Origin: Hyalangium minutum
GTDB lineage: Bacteria; Myxococcota; Myxococcia; Myxococcales; Myxococcaceae
Assembly: GCF_000737315.1 (NCBI RefSeq)
Contig: NZ_JMCB01000005.1
Coordinates: 440,292-504,291, forward strand
Reading direction: 5' to 3'
Length of the DNA stretch: 64,000 nucleotides
A program made the position numbers and the translations under genes. The notes below the pieces were generated by a model. The model made no database searches. It had not been told where the DNA came from and saw nothing but the letters and a program-made list of their open reading frames with translations. Positions 46,167 through 55,333 of this stretch are shown piece after piece. Positions within the stretch are counted from its first letter, which is position 1. The number at the start of each line of letters is the position of its first letter.

Positions 46167-47242
46167 CGACGCCACCTCAATCGCAGATCGTTGGCGAGTT
46201 GGTGGCACATCCCGCCTCGGTCGGAGGTTCGCGTGCGCGTAATAAGCGCGTTGGAAGTGATCTGGAGTCCCTTGGCGTGCTGCACGACGGCGAGCACGCG
46301 CGCCACCGCGTCTGTGTGGCCTGCCTGTTCGACGTCCACTACGCCGCTGTGAATCTCGTCGAGAAGGTCCTCGAACGTGCCGTGCGGAACGTTGTCGCGA
46401 GAGAACTCTCGAAGGGACTCCGCGCTATAGAACTCCCTGCGCGACCGAAAGAAGTGATCTCCCAACTCCTGATGGACGAGGTCCGTCGGCGAAGTCAGCG
46501 TCACACCGAGCCGGTGCTCATACGCATCAAGCAATGCGCGGACGTAGTTCGTTTCGTGCGAGCCAACGCCCGTGGGCGGCGCGGGCGGCGCGCCGCGCTC
46601 CGGCAACCCGCCGCCAAAACGAGCGACGTACCAAGGCGTCTTGCGGTGTTCTTCGATCAGCGTCAGTGGCGAAACCGCTGTCACGATGCTGAAGTTGAAG
46701 CCGTCGATGTGCCTCTTCAGACCGTCATCGAGCACGATCTCGCGGGTCGAGGTGATCTTCGTTCGACAGTGCTTGTCCCACGCATCGAGCAGGCCAGCAC
46801 GAACTTCTTCCGGCTTGCGCAGCAGCTTCGAGAGCATGTTCCCTGCTCCTTGCGGAGCCACGAAACGGTAGCTCCTCGGCACGGAGTACTCACCGCTGAA
46901 CGTGTAGAAAACCAGCTTACCGAGCTCGATCCAGACATCACTCGGAGCAAGCGCATGGTCGTAGTGCTTGCACTGGTAGTTGTCCCAAGGATCGTCGGCG
47001 GTCGCAGACTCGAAAGCGATGACGTCGAGTCCCAGGTCGCCGCTGCTGGCGTGCTTCTCGACACGGGCGTACTTCTTCTTCAGCGAATGAACCCACTCAA
47101 GGACGAGGTCTTCCCAAGTCGCGGCCGACATGTGCCGGAGTCGCTCAAGCGGTGGCACAACGGGGCCCGCAGCCGCCACGTCCGGGCTGAGGGTAGACGC
47201 GGAAGGCGTGAGATTCGGTAGGGGCTTGGTCTTCAGCGCCAC
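46163..47242 (-). CDS. lmuA: Lamassu effector: PD-(D/E)xK nuclease plus ABC-3C C-terminal domain (LmuA-like)
   Basis: AGGAG RBS, GTG 47242; WEDLV...GDLGLDV...YQCKHY nuclease motif; C-terminal FYSAESL and GMCHQLAND...W. Confidence 0.82.
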   Translation of the reverse strand: MALKTKPLPNLTPSASTLSPDVAAAGPVVPPLERLRHMSAATWEDLVLEWVHSLKKKYARVEKHASSGDLGLDVIAFESATADDPWDNYQCKHYDHALAPSDVWIELGKLVFYTFSGEYSVPRSYRFVAPQGAGNMLSKLLRKPEEVRAGLLDAWDKHCRTKITSTREIVLDDGLKRHIDGFNFSIVTAVSPLTLIEEHRKTPWYVARFGGGLPERGAPPAPPTGVGSHETNYVRALLDAYEHRLGVTLTSPTDLVHQELGDHFFRSRREFYSAESLREFSRDNVPHGTFEDLLDEIHSGVVDVEQAGHTDAVARVLAVVQHAKGLQITSNALITRTRTSDRGGMCHQLANDLRLRWRR

Positions 47243-47333
47243 GGCAAGACTCCTTGACGAGCATCCATCGCGTGCTGCAGTCGCATGCAATGAAGATGCT
47301 CGGACCACGACATAGCCTTGGCGCACGACGACA

Positions 47334-47540
47334 TCATCCCCGGCCTCCGCACGGTTTCAGGCTTACGCCGTCCGACAACCTCAACTCGCGCAGGGCCATC
47401 TTCGTTTCCCCGGCCTTCGACATCGTCGTGCCGCCGGGAGGCTCGACGTCTACCGTCGCGGTGAGCTTCAGGCCGCCGATGGTCGCGAAGCGCGAAAGGA
47501 CCTTCTTGTAGAATTTCATCCACTTCTGCTCCCCAAGCAG
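47334..47540 (-). pseudogene. 3' remnant of a DUF499-like AAA+ ATPase gene
   Basis: QKWMKFYKKVLSRFATIGGLKLTATVDVEPPGG...ETKMALREL matches my recollection of DUF499 protein C-termini; cut by the IS91-like remnant. Confidence 0.55.
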
Positions 47541-48012
47541 GAGAGGAAGAGGCGAGCGTAACGCCCCAGGCGGCGGCCAGCAAGGAGCAGCAGAAGGAGA
47601 GGACGCCGCAAGTAGACCTGGCGGGGTTGCTCAGGAGGACTTTCGACTTCGACGTGTTCGCCTGCGTGAGGTGTGGAGGCAGGCGCCGGGTGTTGGCGTA
47701 CGTGAAGGGAGCACGAGGGGTGCGCGCGACTCTGAAGCACCTGGGCCTGGCCACTGCAGGTGCGAGGCGAGCCCCGGCGCGAAGGCCACCCCAGGCAGCG
47801 TGGTGTTGAGGCGCTCAAGACAACCCACAGGCCCATCTCAGGCTCTTGCCGCGCCCTGATGGGAGGGCGGCCTGGGCAGCAGTGTGCCCTATGGGGGTGC
47901 TCGGCCCCCTACACGGGCCTGGCACACAGCTCGGGCGGCTCCCGTCCGCGGCCCGCCTCGGCCCCTCCGCTCCAGCCCTCTCCTTCAACCGGCCTCCCAT
48001 TTTTCTTATGCT
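47526..48012 (+). mobile_element. IS91/ISCR-like transposase 3' remnant with its downstream end
   Basis: RTPQVDLAGLLRRTFDFDVFACVRCGGRRRVLAY...LKHLGL...ARRPPQ; no 5' part. Confidence 0.7.
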
Positions 48013-48090
48013 CCGGCCAGTACCTCGTTATGTTGAGCCTGCGCGCTAGGTCGAAGAGTGCAGTGACCGCAAGAAAGCCTAGGGATTGCT

Positions 48091-48873
48091 ATGGAATCCT
48101 TTTCCAGAAGACACGGCTTGAACCGGCCAGATGCCGACATCAGCATCCGGTATGAGGCTCCGGACGAGGTGCGAGATGCAGCGATATCTATCGCGTATCA
48201 GTGTAAGCTGCAGCCTAGCGATGTAAGGCAAGTGCTTTGTGCATTGCTTTTCCGGGCGCCTGACTCGAACAACTGGTCTGAGTTTCCGAACGTGGACGGT
48301 GAGGTCCGCGATTTGATCCGCGATTGCGAGTGGTTCGAGGTCTATGACCTGATCGAGTTGCTTGCGGAACGTTGCGAGCGCCGGGGTTGCGACTTCGCTG
48401 GCGAGATCAATCGCATGTTCCGCATCAAGGGCGTAGGCTGGCAACTTGTAGGCAATCGTCTCGAAGTTCGGGGCTCTGAGGCGTTCGAGCTTGCCGTCAA
48501 AGAGGGGCAGGCGGAGCTTTCCCGTCGGGGTAACAGCACCGCAGCAAACGAGCTGCATGAAGCCATCTTGGACCTCTCGAGGCGGCCAAGTCCAGAAGTG
48601 AGCGGTGCTATCCAGCATGCGATGGCGGCGCTTGAATGCGTTGCGCGCGACGTATGTGGGAGCAAGGACACTCTGGGTGACTTGCTACGCCGAAACCCCG
48701 ACTTGTTCCCCAAGCCTGTGGATCAAATCGTAGACAAGGCTTGGGGCTACACGTCGAACTACGGTCGACACCTCACAGAAGGGAAACCCCCCGCGTTCGA
48801 TGAAGCGGAGCTTGTGGTCGGATTGAGCGGTGTGCTTTCCCGTTACTTGGCCCGCAGATTCCCGAAACAGTGA
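48091..48873 (+). CDS. AbiJ N-terminal domain (NTD4-like) protein with HEPN-like C-terminus
   Basis: FSRRHG start, WFEVYDLIE, INRMFR..G.GWQL, ALECVAR, WGYTSNYGRH. Confidence 0.75.
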   Translation: MESFSRRHGLNRPDADISIRYEAPDEVRDAAISIAYQCKLQPSDVRQVLCALLFRAPDSNNWSEFPNVDGEVRDLIRDCEWFEVYDLIELLAERCERRGCDFAGEINRMFRIKGVGWQLVGNRLEVRGSEAFELAVKEGQAELSRRGNSTAANELHEAILDLSRRPSPEVSGAIQHAMAALECVARDVCGSKDTLGDLLRRNPDLFPKPVDQIVDKAWGYTSNYGRHLTEGKPPAFDEAELVVGLSGVLSRYLARRFPKQ

Positions 48874-48931
48874 TGGCACAGGACTTCCTCAAGCTGTATG
48901 GCTCGATCAAGCTCACTATGTCTGCGGCGGA

Positions 48932-49190
48932 CTGCTCCCCCAAGCAGGTGAGGAGGAGGCGAGAGCGGGGAAGGAGGCAGCGGCCAGAACGGAGCGGATG
49001 AAGCAGAGGACGCCCCGAGTGGACTTTTGCCGAGTTGCTGAGGAGGACGTTGGACTTCGACGTGTTGGCCTGTGTGAGGTGTGGAGGCAGGCTTAAGGGT
49101 GTTGGCGTACGTGAAGGGAGCACGCGGGGTGCGCGCGATTCTGAAGCACCTGGGGTTGCGCACGGCGAGTGCGCACCTGGGCTGCTGGCT
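48932..49190 (+). mobile_element. Second, more decayed IS91-like transposase 3' remnant
   Basis: Clear DNA similarity to 47526-47770 (GACTTCGACGTGTT..CCTG.GTGAGGTGTGGAGGCAGG, GTGTTGGCGTACGTGAAGGGAGCACG) with frameshifts. Confidence 0.75.
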
Positions 49191-49233
49191 CGGTAAAAGC
49201 CCACGAGGATGGCGGCCCCGCAGCCCTTGGCGT

Positions 49234-49656
49234 TCAGCGCCCCGGCAGAAGTAAGGTGACCAACCGCGCCAGTGCCTTGATCCTCGGACTGTCCAGGCGA
49301 GCGAGGAGGCGCAAGAGGCGGCGCTTCTCGGGCGTGTCACTCAGGCCGGGGGGCACCGTGTTTGCCCCGGGGGCACTCTGCTCCGGATCCACCCCGGCAA
49401 ACCCCATCAGTTCATTTGGTCCGCTGCCGAGAATCAGGCACATGCGCAACAGCGTTGGAACGCTCGGCAGCACGCCCCCCCGCTCCATGCGCCCGTACAC
49501 CTCGGGAGCGATGCCGATGCCCTCGGCTGCTTCAGCTTGAGTCATGCCTGCCCGCTTGCGTGCCTGCTTCAAGGCCGCGCTCAGGGTGACGGGTAACCGG
49601 CGCTGCCGGATCTCGATGTGTCGCGGCAGTGGGGAGGGCTTGCGGTTACGCTCCAT
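49234..49656 (-). CDS. XRE-family helix-turn-helix regulator
   Basis: LKQARKRAGMTQAEAAEGIGIAPEVYGRMERG..LPSV. Confidence 0.9.
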   Translation of the reverse strand: MERNRKPSPLPRHIEIRQRRLPVTLSAALKQARKRAGMTQAEAAEGIGIAPEVYGRMERGGVLPSVPTLLRMCLILGSGPNELMGFAGVDPEQSAPGANTVPPGLSDTPEKRRLLRLLARLDSPRIKALARLVTLLLPGR

Positions 49657-49843
49657 GGGGCGCCGGGAGCGTGCAGCGGCGGGAGGTTTCGCGGGGGCTC
49701 TTGGCATACGGAACCTGCGGGCGTTGTCCTGTCGGACGGGTGAAGGCCCCAAGGGCCAGCGGCGGACGGCGAGGGTCAGAGGGGAGACGCCACGACGCCG
49801 AAGCAGGGCCTGCGGGGAGCGTGAGAGCGGGCGCGGCGGGTAG

Positions 49844-51043
49844 CTAGGGAGTGCTGTCCCGCTCGTTGATGATGTCCTCTTCCGTCACCATGTTGGGCGG
49901 TAGCTGGCTCTCGCTCGTGGGCCCGAGAACGCCCCGGCTCATGCTGGCCCCCGTCAGAGAGAGCAGCACCTCGTCTAGCGCCTCCTTGGGCCCGTAGGGG
50001 GCTCCTAGCGCAGCAAGGCCCGCCCGAAGTTCCGCCTCCACTTCAGCCGCCGACTGATAGCGATCTTCCGGGCTCCGCTGGATCAACCTGCGGACGATGG
50101 CGCGCAGCGGGTGCGCCAGCGGCTGGGTGAGCTCGTCCACTTCTTCCCGGGTGAACGTGGCAGCCCGCAGGATGCAGTCTTCGGCATGGTCCGGTAGGTC
50201 TGCCTCCATGGCCGTCATCGCCGCGTCCAGAACCTTCCCCTTTACCTTCTCCGTTAGCGCCTCCTCCAAGTCGTCGGGCCGCACGGTGGCGGTGCTGTAG
50301 AGGTGTCGCCACGTGGCCAGTTCCAGCAGCACCAACCCCAGTGAGAACAGATCCGAGCGCGGATCCGTCTCCTCGCAGAGCAACGCCTCGGGGGAGCAAT
50401 AGAACACGTCGCCTTGAGGGCGCGGCAGCGTCGTTGCCACGCGGCCCGGTAGCAGGGAGCGCGCGCGGGCAAAGTCCGTCAGTATCACCCCTCCCTCTGG
50501 CTCCAGGAAGATGCGGGCGGGGTTCAAGTCCCGATGAACGATGCCCAGCGGGGCGCCGTTCTCGTCCTTGCAGGTGTGTGCGTAGTGCAGGGCTCCCGCG
50601 ACTTCGGCGCCCACGTAGAGGCAGAACGCCGGGGAGAGGAGTTTCTCGCGCATCTGCGAGTAGGTGATCAGGGTGTTGAGCGATGTGCCCTCTACACGGT
50701 CAGACACGATGTAGAGAACGCCTTGGACTTCGTAGGGCCCGAGGGTGCGGGCGATTCTCGGGTGTTGCAGGTACGTGGCGAGGTGCGCCTCTTCCCGGAG
50801 CCGCGCGCGCATCCTTTCCAGCGTTTCGGGCTCGTCTGACGACATGGGCGACAGAGAGCGGACGATGACTTCCCGCAGGCGCTTCTTCTCGGTGCGCTCC
50901 CAGGCTGGGACGGTCATTTCCCCGAGCCTGGATTGCGCCAACTCTTCGACCAACGGAGGCGACAGATCCACCTCATACGAGAGATCGCCGTGAGAGAAGA
51001 GAATCACCCCCGGGACGCTCCAGGGTTGGCGAGAAGTAGCCAT
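49844..51043 (-). CDS. Ser/Thr kinase-like protein, likely pseudokinase
   Basis: HRDLNPARI, DFARAR, YCSPE, DLFSLG; no Gly-rich loop and no VAIK lysine recognisable. Confidence 0.8.
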   Translation of the reverse strand: MATSRQPWSVPGVILFSHGDLSYEVDLSPPLVEELAQSRLGEMTVPAWERTEKKRLREVIVRSLSPMSSDEPETLERMRARLREEAHLATYLQHPRIARTLGPYEVQGVLYIVSDRVEGTSLNTLITYSQMREKLLSPAFCLYVGAEVAGALHYAHTCKDENGAPLGIVHRDLNPARIFLEPEGGVILTDFARARSLLPGRVATTLPRPQGDVFYCSPEALLCEETDPRSDLFSLGLVLLELATWRHLYSTATVRPDDLEEALTEKVKGKVLDAAMTAMEADLPDHAEDCILRAATFTREEVDELTQPLAHPLRAIVRRLIQRSPEDRYQSAAEVEAELRAGLAALGAPYGPKEALDEVLLSLTGASMSRGVLGPTSESQLPPNMVTEEDIINERDSTP

Positions 51044-51375
51044 GTGGGATCGGCTCCTGGCAGCACGCGAAAGGGCGCCGCGCAACGGAGGGAAACACTA
51101 CCTGGCATGTGCAGGGACATGGAACGATGCCCAAGGTTAGACGCGGCGCGATCTCTGGCTACAGCATCAGCGGAACGCCCCGGCAGGCCCACCTCGATGC
51201 GGGAGGGAGCCACCAGGCCAACTTCTCCTAGCCGACGCGCGGGAAGGCTCCACGGGCAGCAGGCCCACCTCGACGCGTGAGGGCTACACGGACCCAGCAG
51301 GCGAGCCTGGACGTGTGAGGGCTTCACCGAGCCCGCTGCGCCTGTCCGACACTCACGTGCTCTATCGGGCCTGCC

Positions 51376-53358
51376 TCACCTCCACCGCTCAACGGCTTGC
51401 GTCTCGGACACCTTGGAGGCCACCGGGGCGCCTGGCTTCGAGCCCTCGCGCTTTTCCGAGCCCAAATCGTTCGCGTTCTCCAGTTCGAGGCAGATCGGCA
51501 CGGTACGCCCGCCTGGAAGGTGGGCGCGGACATAGCGCCCATAGATGCGATCACCCGTCGTCCACAGGTGCCCATCGATCCGCATCCCCGCAGGCGCCTT
51601 GCCTTGCGGCCTGATCAGCGCACCCGTCACGGGCCCATCCTTCCAGACGGTCAAGGGTTCCTCGCGCGCCTCTTCAGCGCTCCCCTTGGTCACGTCCAGC
51701 AGGATGAAGGGCCCATAGGTGCCCACGGGCCACCCTAGCTCTTGCCGCATCGCCTTGATGGCTTCCTCGGGGCATGGCTCGGGATCCGGGCGTGTCTGCA
51801 CGCCAGTGCAGCCCGCTTCAAGCCATGCGACGGAGGCCACAAGCGCCGCGCACTTCTTGATGAGGGCGCGCCGCGCGCTGACTCTCTGGGCTTGCTGTGG
51901 GTCGGGTACGCCGTTGGTGAGCGTTGGAGAGTTGTCGGGCAGCTTCACGGACAGGCTCGCCTCCTTCTGGGTAGGGCGAGGCGAGGCTAACCGTTCGGGG
52001 CGGCTTGTCGGCTTTTCGGCCAGGGTGCTGGAGGCTGGCGGTTGCTCCGCTGGTGCGCTCCTGGCCATGGGGGGCGGCTCGGGGGGGACTGGCCTGTGCA
52101 GCAGGGAGGCGGCCATGACTGCCGCAAAGACGGAGAGCGCTAGCGGCCCGACGAACACCGGACGCAGCCACGCACGGCGCGGGCTGTGCAGTGCAGCAAC
52201 CCCCGCAGCAGAAGGCGCGGGCGCTGCATCCGCTGGCACTGACACCTGCACGGGAGCAGGCACGGGCGCTGCTGGCGCTACCAGCACCGGAGAAGCCACG
52301 GGCGCCGCATCCGCTGGCGCTACCTGCACCGGGAGCGGATGGGAAAGGATCGGCTCCTGCGGGCCGTCGGGTTCTCGCGCTTCGACTGGCACCGGTTCCC
52401 CTTCGGCGCGTTCTGGCGGTAGCTGCGCGGATGCCGGGTGAGTCGAGAACTTGCGCCAGTCATCCCCCTCGAAGCGCTCCAAGTCCACCAGCGGGCGCCG
52501 CGCATCCTTGGCCGTCGCGGGCCGCACCTCCAAGTCGCGGCTGATCAGCTTCATCGCGTAGGCGCTCAACTCCACCGGAACGCGCCCATTGGCACGGTGC
52601 GGGGTGGGCGGAGTCATCAGCATGTTCCCGAGGAGGGGCCGTGTCTCGCCGCGCGTCGGCGACGGGTTCGTCAGCACGTCATAGAGGTTGGCCCCGAGCG
52701 CGAAAATATCGTCCGTCGCCTTGAACGTGTAACGGGCCCCGGGCTTGAGGCGGTGTTCATCCCAGAAAGCTTGAGCCTCGGGGCTGCGGTTGCGCGGCGT
52801 TCCAGGGGGAAGCGGCCCATCCGTCAAATCCTCGGCGGTCGCGTGGTCCGCCGCTCCAAAGTCGATGATCACCGGCTCGCCGTCTTTGGTGACCATGATG
52901 TTTCTCAAGCTCAAGTCCCGATGGAACACGTTCTTACCGTGCATGTGCTCCAGGGCTTCAAACAGCTTGAGGAACAGGACGACGACTTCATGCGGCGTCG
53001 GGTTGGTCCGCTCCACCCAGCGGGCGAGCGTGTAGCCGTCCACGAAGTCTAGAACGATGTAGTGGAAGCCTGAGAGCGTGTCCGGCCACCGGCCTTGCCC
53101 CCGCATGCGGATGATGTGGCGGTGGTTGAGGAGTTGGAGACAGGCTGCCTCGCGCCGCGCGCGCGCGTCTGTCTGCTTCGGATCAAGGCTGCGCTCTGTC
53201 TGACAGGCCAGTTTGAGCGCGAAGCGCTGGCCGTCCTTCTCCACCTCGTAGACGACGGCATAACCGCCCCTGCCGATGCGTCGGACAATGCGCCAGTGGC
53301 TCACCATCTGGCCGGGCTTCAAGTCCAAGGGATCAAAATCCGCGAACATGCTGGACAC
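51376..53358 (-). CDS. Membrane Ser/Thr protein kinase
   Basis: IGRGGYAVVY, FALK, HRDLSLRN, IIDFG; Pro/Ala linker, TM helix, Cys-containing C-terminal domain. Confidence 0.9.
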   Translation of the reverse strand: MSSMFADFDPLDLKPGQMVSHWRIVRRIGRGGYAVVYEVEKDGQRFALKLACQTERSLDPKQTDARARREAACLQLLNHRHIIRMRGQGRWPDTLSGFHYIVLDFVDGYTLARWVERTNPTPHEVVVLFLKLFEALEHMHGKNVFHRDLSLRNIMVTKDGEPVIIDFGAADHATAEDLTDGPLPPGTPRNRSPEAQAFWDEHRLKPGARYTFKATDDIFALGANLYDVLTNPSPTRGETRPLLGNMLMTPPTPHRANGRVPVELSAYAMKLISRDLEVRPATAKDARRPLVDLERFEGDDWRKFSTHPASAQLPPERAEGEPVPVEAREPDGPQEPILSHPLPVQVAPADAAPVASPVLVAPAAPVPAPVQVSVPADAAPAPSAAGVAALHSPRRAWLRPVFVGPLALSVFAAVMAASLLHRPVPPEPPPMARSAPAEQPPASSTLAEKPTSRPERLASPRPTQKEASLSVKLPDNSPTLTNGVPDPQQAQRVSARRALIKKCAALVASVAWLEAGCTGVQTRPDPEPCPEEAIKAMRQELGWPVGTYGPFILLDVTKGSAEEAREEPLTVWKDGPVTGALIRPQGKAPAGMRIDGHLWTTGDRIYGRYVRAHLPGGRTVPICLELENANDLGSEKREGSKPGAPVASKVSETQAVERWR

Positions 53359-53371
53359 CTCGCGCCAGTGG

Positions 53372-54277
53372 CTACAGCTTCACTTTGGGAACGGACAGAC
53401 AGCGGCTCCCGTCACCGTCGCACACCCGCACGGTGTGCAGCGCCCGCAGCCATTCTTCGGGCTTCTCACGCGCGGGCATCTCCACCTCCACGGCCACACT
53501 CACCACACCGCCCGGGGGTATGGTTGCCTGCCCTGAGAGCAGCGCGCGAGCGCGGCGCGGCTCCCCTCCTGTGGGCGTCACTTCGGCCCACGCAGGCGCC
53601 CATGGCTCCCTCCCGGTGTTGCTCACCTCGAGGACCACCACGCTCCACGTTGCCCCCCCGAGGCCCCAGCACATTACGGGGCGAAACTCACCCCCGCGCG
53701 CCTCGTAACACGCTTGCTCAAACCCGGCTCCCCTCAGGCCCTGCTTACCCACGAACCCCGCGAGCGCCACGGCTGCCGGACTCAGTGCTGCGGGCCGTGC
53801 CTTCAACGCCTCCAGTTCCTTGGCTTGTGCCTCGCATCGCTCGCGCGTGGCGGACAGTTCCACGCGGCACGTATCCAAGGTTTGCTGCGGGCGGCTCACG
53901 TTCACCAAGCCATCCGCCTTGCCCGGCAGCCCTGTGAGCAGGAACACGACGCTTGCGGGCGAGCCCTCGCGGTAAGTGACCCGCAGCGCGAGCCGTTCGC
54001 CCGTTCCGAGCGCCACGGCGGGCGAGAGCGTCACGCCTGCATCACCCACCTCGAACACAGGGAACCGGTCGCGCCCCTCTACCTGGACAGACTCACGCAC
54101 AATCGGAGCGCCCAGCAGAATCGCCGTGACAGTGCCAGGCGCGACGTAGATCAGAGGGGACTCGCCAGCCTTGCCCGCGAGAACGACGGAACGCCCTGCG
54201 GGCGCAGGCTGTGCCGTCGCTGTGAGGCCCACCAGCAGGGAAGCGAGCGCAAAACTTGGGGCGAACGGTCGGAACAA
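53372..54277 (-). CDS. DUF2381 family protein (myxobacterial paralogous family)
   Basis: Signal peptide, IYVAPGTVTAILL, ERLALRVTYREGSP, VVLEVSNTGREPW. Confidence 0.8.
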   Translation of the reverse strand: MFRPFAPSFALASLLVGLTATAQPAPAGRSVVLAGKAGESPLIYVAPGTVTAILLGAPIVRESVQVEGRDRFPVFEVGDAGVTLSPAVALGTGERLALRVTYREGSPASVVFLLTGLPGKADGLVNVSRPQQTLDTCRVELSATRERCEAQAKELEALKARPAALSPAAVALAGFVGKQGLRGAGFEQACYEARGGEFRPVMCWGLGGATWSVVVLEVSNTGREPWAPAWAEVTPTGGEPRRARALLSGQATIPPGGVVSVAVEVEMPAREKPEEWLRALHTVRVCDGDGSRCLSVPKVKL

Positions 54278-54573
54278 GACGGGGGAACCTCCCAGGTAGG
54301 CCCCCAGAGTAGCAGACAGGGGAGCCCACCCGCGTCGAAGTCAGGCGCTGTCCATGCGCCAGACGTCGGCGTCCTTTCCGCGTGCCGTTCACGGCTCCAC
54401 CGCGCACGCCACGACTCATGCGCGAGCGCTCCACGCGCTCAGCAGGTGAGCCTGGACGCGGGAGACTCCACCGGGCGCAACTTCACCTGTCCGACGCGAG
54501 GGTCCCATTGGCGCACAGGCCTGCCGCGATACGCGCATGATGGCGCCGGGCGTGGGGCCGTTGGTGGGCTCCA

Positions 54574-54691
54574 GTGGCGCCGGGCGTGGGCTCCGGTGGC
54601 GCCGGGCGTGGGCTCCGGTGGTGCCGGGCGTGGCACCGGCCGTGGCGCCGAACTCCATCCCGTAGAAGTCCCGTAGAAGTCCCGTAGAAGC
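54574..54691. repeat. Iteron-like tandem repeats: 22 bp x3 then 11 bp x3
   Basis: GTGGCGCCGGGCGTGGGCTCCG at 54574 and 54596, variant at 54618; CCCGTAGAAG(T/C) at 54659, 54670 and 54681. Confidence 0.85.
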
Positions 54692-55108
54692 CCCGTCACC
54701 GCTCTGCGTCCGCCACGGTTCAGCCGCCCCATGCCCTGCACCGCGCACGCTCCATCCACCCGCCCGCATGGGCCCTTGGTTGCCCGGCCGCACGCTTGCC
54801 AATCGCCGCTCGCGCTTCGCCCCGCGTCTGGACACAAGGCGCAGCGCTGTGTCACTCCTGCTTTGGGTAGTTCTGGGCAGGTTGGCGAGTTTGTGAAGGG
54901 CGGGCAGGGCGATGGGTGGGATCAACTCCCTGGAGGGGCAACCCTCCATGTGCGGCGCAGTCGTGCGCCGTTGGCTAGCCGGTGACACCACCAGCAGAAA
55001 CGCCGAGAACACTGGCAGAAGCTCCGGTGACACCGCGAGGAACGCCAGCAGCAACGCCAGGACGCGTCGCTGGGCACTCCAGACGACGCCGCAGGAGGGG
55101 GAACGGCC

Positions 55109-55333
55109 ATGAGCGCGCCCCCGCTGGCTGCGAACACCGCGCCCGCGTTTCTCACCGTGGAGGAAGCCGCCGAACTTCTGCGGGTGAACCGGAAAACCCT
55201 CTACGAGGCGATCCGGCTCGAACAGGTGCCCGGAGTTGCACGGCTCGGGCGAATCCTCCGCATCCACCGGGACACGCTGCTAACGTGGAGCCCCGGTAAC
55301 AGCAGACCTGCGCTCGGAGACACGAAGTCATGA
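55109..55333 (+). CDS. Excisionase-like HTH protein
   Basis: FLTVEEAAELLRVNRKTLYEAIRLEQVPGVARLGRILRI; ATGA-coupled to the integrase. Confidence 0.9.
   Translation: MSAPPLAANTAPAFLTVEEAAELLRVNRKTLYEAIRLEQVPGVARLGRILRIHRDTLLTWSPGNSRPALGDTKS

Noticed and set aside
54574-54691. CRISPR-like array
   Set aside because: Repeats are directly tandem with no unique spacers, and no cas genes are present.
54416-55267. 283-aa minus-strand ORF as a possible Rep protein
   Set aside because: Low-complexity, crosses the repeat array and overlaps the excisionase antisense; no Rep, primase or HUH motifs seen.
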